This document shows positions 49,601 through 59,889 of a stretch of DNA of 64,000 nt, one piece after another. The notes below the pieces were generated by a model. It saw only the letters and a list, made by a program, of their open reading frames with translations. It was not told the origin of the DNA and ran no database searches. Made by a program: the position numbers and the translations under genes. Source of the stretch: Mobula hypostoma (Eukaryota); contig NC_086101.1 in NCBI RefSeq assembly GCF_963921235.1, positions 21,638,001-21,702,000 on the forward strand. Direction: 5' to 3'. Position 1 is the stretch's first letter, and each line of letters opens with the position of its first letter.

Positions 49601-52600
49601 ACAGTGGTGGGCAGTGACCGAGCAGACCCGTTCACAATCTCGTTAGAGGTCTCTCAGCCCAGTATGGGAATGCACTGCCGGGCCATTTTTATTTGCTTGA
49701 GTGCATTCTCAATTTTTACCGTGAGGTAGGGGAGGTCATTTGTAACTGGTGAGCACTGTATTACACGGAGGGGAGGACGGTAGGCTGATAATTGGTGAGC
49801 ATTGTAGTGCATGGATGGTAGTATGGTAGGCTGATAACTGGTGAACATTGTATTTCAGAGGGGAGGCTGGTAGTCTGTTGAGTGTGAAGTGCATTTTCCA
49901 AGCATTGAATAGACTCGCCCAACTTGGGCTGTGACGTCAGCCTCTCCCTCCTGAATTACCTCCCACACCCTCCCCTGACACACCACCGACTGACTGATGG
50001 GAGCAAACAAAGTACCAGTGTATAGAAAGTAAGAGAAATTTTCATTCGGGATGGCCCAGTGTGGCGATTTTTGAAGTGGAGGTATGAGATGGAAGAGGAG
50101 GATTCTAGCCTAGGCCTACGGACAATTCTGATAAGGTTAATGGTGAAGAATTTCAATCTTCTGAGTCATTTCACTGCACTAGTGCAACAACGGACACAAA
50201 TAAAGGTCCATCTTTACATTAAAACTACCTATCAATGGGTTTTACACGGACTGGTGATCCTAGTTGTCTGATTCCATTGTGCCTAGTCTGGGCAAACAAC
50301 TTACAAATGTAGCAATGGCTCCAGCAAAATTGAAAAGACAGTTAACGACAAATCACAACTGTATGAAACGTAAAAGTGCTGATTATTTTAAATGACTATT
50401 GGAATCAAAGAGATTCCAGCTTTTGAATATAATGTCACAGTCAGTAAAATAATATAGGAAGCAACTTATTTACGCAAACAACAGGAATTCTGCAGATGCT
50501 GGAAATTCAAGCAACATACATCAAAGTTGCTGGTGAACGCAGCAGGCCAGGCAGCATCTATAGGAAGAGGCGCAGTCGACGTTTCAGGCCGAGACCCTTC
50601 ATCGAAGGGTCTCGGCCTGAAACGTCGACTGCGCCTCTTCCTATAGATGCTGCCTGGCCTGCTGCGTTCACCAGCAACTTTGATGTAAGCAACTTATTTA
50701 GTAGCTTTAAGACCAGTTCACTCGAGAATGTTTGAAAAACTGTATGAAAACCTCAACAAGGAGCAAACCAGTCTCCTGTTACATGTGGAAATCCAGTGGC
50801 TTCACAGAGGAAGTTCTCAACAGGGTGTTTAAGCTGAAAGCTGAATTGCAGGAGTGCTTTCAAGAAAATAATAGGCCAGATTTTGCTGAGTGCTTTGAAG
50901 ATGAAGAACTGCTCCATAAACTAGCCAACTTAACAGAAATTCTTCATCATATGAACCAGTTAAACAAGTCTCTGCAAGGCACTGGAGAAAATGTTTTGAC
51001 TTCAAGTGACAAGAATCTTAGATTTAAAGGGAAACTGAATCTTTGGAAAAATCATGTTGCAAAAACCTTGAAATGTTTCCACAGCTGCTTGTGCTTGAGT
51101 GTGAGGAAGGATATCAGAAAGTCACGAGTCTTTTTGAAAACCACTTGGATAACTGCAGAACAAAACTTTCTTTCTTTTTTAATCTTTTTATTAATTTCAA
51201 AATATAGAAACAAAACATAGCAATAATACAAATAGTAGGAGATGTATTGTTACACTTAAAAAAAGTAATTGTAAAATCAAATAGTGTAAATTAACAAAGC
51301 TCCCAATCATGTAGAACTAACAATGGATAATACAAAGCAAAAAAAAAACTGGAAAAAAACATGAAAAAGAAAAAAAAAACAAAACGAAAAAAAAAAGCAA
51401 ACCCCATCCCCAAAGAAAAACAAAATTAATCAACTAAACTAAAAGACTTGGACAAAACTAACAACTTAAAAATGGAAAAGAAGAAAACCTTTGTGTCGAC
51501 GACTCCATTCCCCTCCAACAACAGTACAGAGAGATAAAACAAGTTTGGAAATGATCAAATTACATCAAATGAAAATGCTGAATGAATGGCCTCCAAGTTT
51601 TTTCAAATTTAATGGAGGAGTCATAAACCGCACTTCTAATTTTCTGCAAATTCAACCACACCATAGTTTGTGAAAACCAATGAAATACAGTACGAGGGTT
51701 AATCTCTTTCCAATTCAACAAAATGGACCTTCTAGCTATTAAAGTAAGAAATGCAATCATCCTTTGTGATGAAGAGGTTAAATTATTTAAGTCTATCATT
51801 GGTAGTCGAAAGATAGCAGTAATTGGATGAGGTTGTAAGTCTATATTTAGGACCATTGAAATAATATCAAAAATATCTTTCCAATATTTCTCCAACAAGG
51901 GACATGACCAAAACATGTGGGTTAAAGAAGCTATCTCGGAATGGCATCTGTCACATATTGGATTAATATAAGAGTAATAACAAGATAGTTTATCTTTGGA
52001 CATATGAGCCCTGTGCAGTACTTTAAACTGTATCAACCTTTGCTTAGCACATACAGAGGATGAATTCACCAACTGAAGAATTTTTTCCCATTTTTCGGTC
52101 GGTATATTAATCTCAAGTTCTCTTTCCCAGTCAGCTTTGATTTTATTAGAAGCATCAGGACATAGATTCATAATTATATTATATATAATTGCTACTACAC
52201 TTTTCTGAGGGAGATTTAAATCTAAGATTTTTTCCAAAGTGTCCATTGGATATAGGTGTGGAAAATTAGGGGAGACAGTAATTAAAAAGTTTCTAATCTG
52301 TAGATATCTGAAAAAATGAGATCTGGGTAAGTTATATTTATTAGAGAGTTGATCAAAAGACATAAAACAATTATCCAAAAATAAATCGTGAAAAGATATT
52401 ATACCTTTGGTTTTCCAATCAAAGTAAGCTTGATCCATCGTGGAAGGTTGAAAAAGAAAATTTGATATAATAGGACTTGCTAGAATAAATCGATTAAACC
52501 CAAAAAATCTTCAGAATTGAAACCATATACGTAAAGTATGCTTAACTATTGGGTTGTTCATTTGTTTATATGATTTAAAAGAAGTAAAAGGAAGTAAAGT

Positions 52601-55600
52601 TCCTAAAACCGAACCCAAGGAAAACCCTTGTAATGAATTAGATTCAAGATTTACCCAATAAGGGTTTAAAGATACGTCCAAATCTCGTAACCAAAATTTT
52701 AAATATCGAATATTAATTGCCCAGTAATACAACCTAAAATTCGGGAGGGCGAGCCCCCCCACCTCCTTTTTAGATTTCTGTAGATACCTTTTACCTAACC
52801 TAGGATTTTTATTCTGCCAAATATATGAGGAAATTTTTGAATCTACATTATCAAAAAAAGATTTTGGGATAAAAATTGGAACCGATTGGAATATATACAA
52901 AAATTTGGGCAAAATGATCATCTTAATAGCATTAATCTGACCAATCAAAGACAAAGAGATTGGTGACCATTTAGTAAATAAAAGTTTAATCTGATCAATT
53001 AAAGGTAAAAAATTAGCTTTAAATAAATCTTTATATTTTTTTGTAATTGTTATCCCTAAATATATAAATGAATCAGTAACCAATTTAAATGGTAACCATC
53101 CATAAATAGGTACATGCTTATTTAAAGGGAATAATTCACTCTTTTAAGATTCAATTTGTAACCAGAGAAGTTACTAAATTGAGCTAACAGATCTAAGATA
53201 GCAGGAATTGACTTCTCCGGGTTAGAGATGTATAACAACAAATCATCTGCATATAATGATAATTTATGTATTTCATTTCCACGGGTAATACCAACAATAT
53301 TTGGCGTGTCACGAATAGCAATTGCTAAAGGTTCAAGAGCAATATTGAATAGTAAAGGACTAAGAGGGCAACCTTGCCTAGTACCACGAAAAAGACGAGA
53401 AAAAGGAGATCTATAATTATTTGTACAAACCGAGGCTACCGGGGAGTAATATAACAATTTAATCCAAGATATAAATGTCAAATTAAAATTAAATTTCTCA
53501 AGAACATTAAATAAATAAGGCCATTCAACTCTGTTAAAGGCTTTCTCAGCATCTAATGAGATAATACATTCCAGGGTAATAGGTGAGGGGTTATAAACAA
53601 TATTCATTAACCTCCTAATATTAAAGGATGAATAACGATTTTTAATAAATCCGGTTTGATCCATGGAGATAATTTGAGGTAACACCTTCTCCAACCTAGT
53701 TACTAGAATTTTTGAAAAAATTTTAGAGTCTACATTCAGAAGAGATATCGGTCTGTATGATGCACAATCAGTAGGATCTTTATTCTTTTTAAGAATTAAG
53801 GAAATAGAGGCTTCCTAAAACAATTGTGGTAATTTACCTAAACTGATTGCTTCCTTGAATATTCTAGACAACTTAGAAGAAAGAATGGAGGAAAAAAAAT
53901 TAAAAATTTCCACTGTAAACCCATCTGGACCGGGTGCTTTACTGGAATTCAATGAAGAGATTGCAGTTATTATTTCTTCCTCTGAAATGGAAGTTTCTAA
54001 TGATAAGCAATCTTCGGGTGATAGTTTCGGAAAACTCAATTTACTTAAAAAATCATGCATGAAATTAGAATCATGAGGAAAATCAGAGTGATATTAAGAG
54101 GTATAAAATTCTTGAAAGGTTTGGTTTATCCCAGCATGATCAACTGTGAAAGTATCATCCTGTTTGTGAATCTTAGTAACTTGACGTTTAACCGAATCAA
54201 ATTTCAATTGGTTAGCCAGTAATTTACCCAATTTATCGCTATAAATATAAAAATCACTTCTAGTTCTCATTAATTGATTTTTGATTGAGGATGTTAATAA
54301 TAAGCTATGTTCCAACTTAACAGAAATTCTTCATCATATGAACCAATTAAATAAGTCTCTGCAAAGCACTGGAGAAAACGTTTTGACTTCAAGTGACAAG
54401 AATCTTAGATTTAAAAAGAAACTGAATCTTTGGAAAAATCATGTTGCAAAAACCTTGAAATGTTTCCACAGCTGCTTGTGCTTGAGTGTGAGGAAGGATA
54501 TCAGAAAGTCACGAGTCTTTTTGAAAACCACCTAGAATAACTGCAGAACAAAATTGAACAGTATTTTTCCTCCCTTTCAACACAAGTGCATGACTAGATG
54601 AGAGACCGTTTCTCTGAATCTTCTGCTCAGCCTGAGAACTTGACTTTGAGAGAAGAGGAAGAACTTTGTGAGATGCAGTCTGATCGTGCACTCAAGATGA
54701 GATTTACTGACCTGCCCCGGGACAAGTTCTGGATTTCTGTGAAAGAAAAGTTTCAAGCCATTCATTGGAAAGCAATGAACATTTTGTTGCAGTTTTCAAC
54801 TTCTTACATGTGTCAGCAAGCTTTTTCTTGTTTAACAAGCATCACGAGTAAGGAAAGACATTGTCTCATTTCAGTTGAAGGTGAAATTCATGTGTGCTGA
54901 TCTCAAGTTCGACCCAGAACTGAGACATTTATTATGTTTGCCTTATGAGTTGTTTAAAATTTATGCAAGAGAAAGAAAGAGTAATTTCAAGAAAGGTAAG
55001 CTAAGCTTAACTGTCTGTATTTTTTCTCCCCCAAGAAAGGTCAACTAAAAATTTATTTTCTACTCGGAAGAGCATTGTACACAGTACTATGTTAACATGG
55101 AGTGGAGAGCGAGTTTGTAAGTGTGGTGGGAGCAAAGAATGTTGGGAGTGGAGAGTGGAGAGTCATGGGAAGTGTGTGGCACAGGTGAGACAGGAGGAGT
55201 GCTGAGGGATGGTGACACGGGTGCAGACGTACCCACCCCTGAGACACCAAGCAAGGTCATTTGATTTCAAACAATTCCTTTATTGATCATTACAGAACGT
55301 CTCTCTGGTGCATCCTGCTCTGTCCCCTCTCCCTTCCCCTTGTCCCAACCAGGATTCCCCTCTCCCTGCCCCCTTCCCACTGTCAGTCCACAATAGAAAC
55401 CCATACCAGAATCGGGTTTATCATCACTCAGATATGCCCTGAAATTTGTTATGTTTTTCCTTTGCGGCTGCAGTACAGTGCAATACAGAAAATTACTACA
55501 GTACTGTGCAAATGTCTTAGGGACTCTAGCTGTGTAAATGTGTCTTAAAGTTTTGCACAGTATTGTATTACAGTTGAAAACAGCAAAAGAGTGCAGAATG

Positions 55601-58600
55601 AAGTGTTACAGTTACAGAGAGAGTGCAGTGCAGACAGACAATAAGCTGCAAGGCCGTGACGTGGTAGATGGATGGTGAGGTCTTCAGTCCATTATATCAT
55701 ACAAGGGGGCTGTTCAATAGTCTTACAACAGCAGGATAGAAACTCTCCCTAAGCCTGGTGATCTGATGATTTTGTACCTTCTCTCTGATGGGAGGAGTGG
55801 GGAAAAGGGAGAGTGGGGAAAAGGGAGAGTGTACAGGGTGGGAGGGGTTTCTGATGATGTTGGCTGTTTACTGAGGCTGTGAGAAGTGCAGACAGAGTCT
55901 TTGATAATGTGTGTCACTAATTTCTGTCCCTGACCTTGTAGGTGTGAGTTGCCGGTTTCCAGTCCTGGAGTGGTGTCTGTCGATCTTCCTGAGGATGTGG
56001 CTGAAGGAAGACTGAGGTATCTCAAAGTGTGGAAGGAAATGAGAGCCGTGGTTTCACCAGGTATCTTTCTCTTTCTCTGTAATTCCCCTTCTCCCCACTG
56101 CCCCGCCTTCTCTACTGTAATTCCAGAAACTCCAGATGCCACCCTCTGCATTTATTAGTTACCATTCCTTATGACTTCAGGAGGAGCCCCCCAATACTCC
56201 CCCCACTCACTATACTCAACAGTATTGTGTCTGCTGTGGAGACCTTCAGGTTTCTGGGTGTCACAATCTCCCAGGACCTGAAGTGGACACCCAACAGGGA
56301 CACTCTTATCAAAAAGGCTCAGCAGAGGTTGTATTTCCTACGTCAACTCAGGAAGTACAACCTGCCTCAGGAGCTGCTGATTCAATTCTATTCAGGAATA
56401 ACCCAGTCTGTTCTCTGTTCATCCATCACTGTCTGGTTTGGATCAGCTACCAAACAAGACAAGAATAGACTCCAAAAAACCGTCAGGGCTGCGGAAAGGA
56501 TTATTGGTGTGAAGCTGCCCTCGATCCAGGACTTATACGCATCTAGAGTCAGGAAGCGAGCGAGCAGCATCATTGTAGACCCATCACACCCTGGACATCA
56601 CCTGTTCCAACTCCTTCCTTCTGGTAGGCGCTTTGGATCACTGTATGCCAGGACAAATAGGTACAAGAACAGTTTCTTTCCGTATGCCATCAGTCTTATG
56701 AACACTTGAATTTTAGTCTATTATAGACCAAGTCCACCTGTACATACACAGGTATACCTCATTGTATATAGCTCACGACCATTCGCATTATTGTTTTGTT
56801 TGTTTTTTAATTCTCTACAGCGAGAGCTCAGAGAAACCTGCGTCAAATTCCCTATATGTGTCCACATATTTGGCGATATTAAAGGATTCCGATTCTGATT
56901 ATCAGGCATGTGTTCATTGTGTACAACATTTCTGCTTCTGACACACACAACCTGACATATGCACTGTCTTGTAATGCATCCAGAACCTCCCCAACACCCT
57001 TCCCTACCTCATCCCTAGTTGAGGCAGCTTCAATTCCCTCCATCACTGATTGATGGATTGGAACACTCAGTTTAGGGATATCTCACCTTTGGCAATACAT
57101 ATTGCTCAAAGTTTTGCCTCCAAAGAGGCAGCTTACAGGTGAACCCATTGCATCTCCCAGCCAGTGTTTCCTAGGATAATCCCCAGGTTGTCCCTTGTTG
57201 TGCAGCCCCGTGGAAGCCTTCAGCACATTTGAAGCCCAACTCAGCACATCCATCACATTTATCAGCCAACACTGGAGCATGCAAACATCGTCACTGATCC
57301 ACACACACAATCATGGATGATCATCAGTCTCAATACCTTGGTCCTGCTCTCTCCTAATAGACCATAAGACATAGGAGCAGAATAAGGCCACTCGGCCCAT
57401 CAGGTCTGTTCCACCATCCCTCATCTCTCAGATTACCCCCGATACATTTCATATCTAGAGATTGATCCACCTCCATCCTTCATAAATTCTGTGACTTAAA
57501 CAGAATTGGCTTCTGCGAGAAGAGAATTCCTGAGGTTCAACTCACTCCGAGGGAAGAAATTTCTCCTCCTTTCAAATCCGAACGCTTTGCCGCTTATTCT
57601 GACACTGACCTGTAGTTTCAAGTAGTGATACCCTTGATATCTGGTGCTGAATTTGCCACAAATCAACTTCTAAGTACAAATCGTTGTTACAACCTAAAAT
57701 ATCAATTCACAGTTTTTCCACACTCTTTTCACAGTTCCAACCTGATCTGATGATTCCAGAATTCTCTGTTCTTATTTCAAATTTCCAGCATCTGCATTTT
57801 TTGACTTTTTTTTTCCCAGTCCTGGTTATTCACAGAGTCGTAGAGTTCTACTGTACAGAAGCAAGCCTTCAGCCCACTCTGGCCATCTACTGTACACTAA
57901 TCCCACATGCCCACATTTGGCTCATATCCCTCTGTGCCTGACCTTTTCACATGTCTGTCTAAATGTCTCTTAAACCTGGCAATTGTATCTGATTCCACCA
58001 CTTCCTCTGGGAGAATGTTCCAGATAGCAAGCAATCTCTGTTTAAAGCACTTACCCCACATATCACCTTTAAATCTCCTTCCCCTCCCCTTAAACCTCCA
58101 CCCTCTTGTTTTTGATCACTCTACCATGGGAAATGCTGCCTGTACTGATACATTTCTGTTTTGGGTTCACATCTCCAGCATCTGCAGTTTAAATAATAAA
58201 ATTCCACTGGGCCCTGGCCCCTCACGGGCTGCTGTGTCACTGGGAATGGAGCTGTCATGGCTTGTCCTGTTTAGCTTTTAAAAAGAGAACTGCAGCCACA
58301 TAAAACATCATAGAATACAGTCAGCTGGGCAGAGGAAGGGGATTGAACTACTCTGTAACAAATAACTCACTGTGACATTGTACAGTGTAAAGTAGGATGG
58401 AGGGATCAATGGGGATTGAAATCTCCTCCAGGGGCCCCACACTTCCTAGGCTGAGGGAGGAGACGATGGTCATCACTGTCAGCTCAGATCCTGGCACTTC
58501 CAAGCAACACACACAAAATGCTGGAGGAACTCAACAGGCCAGGCAGCATCTATGGAAAAAAAAGTACAGTTGACATTTCGGGCTGAGACCCTTCGGCAGG

Positions 58601-59724
58601 ACTGGAGAAAAAATAGACGAGGAGTAGATTTAAAAGGTGGGGGAGGGGAGAGAGAAACACAAGGTGATAGGTGAAACCGAGAGAGGGAGGGACGAATTAA
58701 ATAGCTGGGAAGTTGATTGGTGAAAGAGATACCGGGCTGGGGAAGGATGAACGATGAGAGAGGACAGAAGGCCATGGAAGAAAGAGAAGGAGGAGGAGCA
58801 CCAGAGGGGGTGATGGGCAGGCAAGGAGATAAGTTGAGAGGGGGAAAAGAGGATGGGGAATGGTGAAGGAGAGGGTTGGGTTGCATTACTGGAAGTTTGA
58901 GAAATCAATGTTCATGCCATCAGGTTGGTGTTACCCAGACTGAATATAAGGTGTTGTTCCTCCAGCCAGAGTGTGGTCTCATTGAGACAGTCGAGGGAGA
59001 ACCACTGGGTGATCCCACTTTGTCTGGCCAATGGAGCCTAAGTGCTCAGTGTAATGGTCTCCCAATCTATGTCGGTATACAGGAGGCCACATGGGGAGCA
59101 CTGGACACGGTGTATAAACCCAACAGACTCACAGGTGAAGTGTCATCTCAGCTGGAAGGTTCCATCTGGTTTTCTCACTGTAACTGTTTTGTTTCAGTGC
59201 CAGAGCGGCTAACACTGGACCTGGATACAGCTCACAATGATCTCGTCCTCTCTCAGGATCTGATGAGTGTGCAGTACGTGACCACCGATCAAAATCGTCA
59301 GGATCACCCGAGAAGATTTGTAGAAGATTTGTGTGTTTTGAGTTCACAGAGTTTCATGTCTGGGAGGCACTACTGGGAGGTGTATGTTGGATATAAGATT
59401 AGCTGGGTTGTGGGTGTCTGCACAGAGTCTGTAAACAGGAATGGAAGCATCTCCTACACACCGGAACAGGGACAGTGGGTTATTGATGTCTCTTCTAATT
59501 CAGTGAAGATACCAAATGTCATCTCCCATCTGGAAATAAAACTCCGAAAACTGGGGGTTTACCTGGATTATGAGCGTGGCCAAGTGTCATTTTACAATGC
59601 TGACAATATGTGTCACCTCCACACTTACACAGACAGTTTCACTGAAAAACTTTGTCTCATCTTAAATCCATGTGATAACAAATCAGGCAAAAACTCTGAA
59701 CCACTCACACTGCTCACCACTTAA
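43254..59724 (+). CDS. TRIM gene C, complete RING/B-box2/coiled-coil/PRY-SPRY E3 ligase, 466 aa
   Basis: join(43254..43655,44640..44735,47526..47759,49415..49437,55942..56060,59198..59724) = 1401 nt, frame open, all GT-AG. Confidence 0.92.
44640..44735 (+). CDS. Gene C exon 2 (96 nt)
   Basis: TTTCAG|GAA...AAG|GTGAGG. Confidence 0.92.
45265..45973 (-). mobile_element. Young Penelope-like element 3' fragment in gene C intron 2
   Basis: YIGETRRRLGDRFAEH...LEEQHLIFRLGSLQPDGMNIDF (GIY-YIG); TATCAGAC duplicated at flanks; absent from gene B (~25247). Confidence 0.85.
45332..45367 (-). ncRNA. Minimal type I hammerhead ribozyme motif (Penelope-associated)
   Basis: AGTC CTGACGA AGGGTCTCGGCCT GAAA C GTC GACT: intact CUGANGA/GAAA core, stem I AGTC/GACT, GUC cleavage triplet. 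Confidence 0.7.
47526..47759 (+). CDS. Gene C exon 3 (234 nt)
   Basis: CTCAG|GAC...AAG|GTACAG; coiled coil. Confidence 0.92.
49415..49437 (+). CDS. Gene C exon 4 (23 nt)
   Basis: CCTCAG|GATATTCAAGCCCTTTTGAAGAG|GTGAGT. Confidence 0.88.
50473..50686. mobile_element. Inverted (palindromic) Penelope-type mini-insertion
   Basis: 84-bp perfect arms at 50517-50600 and 50604-50687; 14-bp TSD AAGCAACTTATTTA. Confidence 0.88.
51166..54311 (-). mobile_element. 5'-truncated L1 LINE (ORF2 RT + C-terminal zinc knuckle), broken ORF
   Basis: KAPGPDGF, QTGFI, SLDAEKAF, RGTRQGCPLSP, LYADD, GGLALPN, CDRC..HMFWSC; AATAAA + (AAAG)n tail at 51166. Confidence 0.93.
55942..56060 (+). CDS. Gene C exon 5 (119 nt)
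   Basis: TTGTAG|G...CCAG|GTATCT. Confidence 0.88.
56173..56898 (+). mobile_element. Rex1/Babar 3' fragment in gene C intron 5
   Basis: DFRR..FRFLGVTIS..KAQQRLYFLRQL..HPGHHLFQLLPSGRR..NSFFP; (GATTCT)-like tail; absent in B and D. Confidence 0.88.
58503..59158 (-). mobile_element. Penelope-like 3' fragment shared with copy D
   Basis: Same position and TSD (CTTCCA/GTTCCA) as 36660-37328. Confidence 0.8.
59198..59724 (+). CDS. Gene C exon 6: PRY-SPRY
   Basis: TTTCAG|TG; SGRHYWEV; LGVYLDYERGQVSFYN; TAA. Confidence 0.93.
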
Positions 59725-59889
59725 CACAGTGGGACACGTTCTCCGAGGTCTCAGACTTCCCTGGACCCACTGAGCAGATCTCACTGCACCGATTCTCTGA
59801 AATACAACCAGAAAAATCGGAGCACTCTGCAATGTGGAAACATAGTTAATGTTTCAGGTCCAGACCAGCATGTGAGAACTGATTCTCTG

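Larger units (their letters stand above)
49491..55077 (+). mobile_element. hAT Buster/Charlie-type transposon (same insertion as in gene B), 3' terminus deleted, hosting nested Penelope and L1 insertions
   Basis: Same site in intron 4 after CTCTAACG; transposase remnants at 50210-51160 and 54312-54900. Confidence 0.85.
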
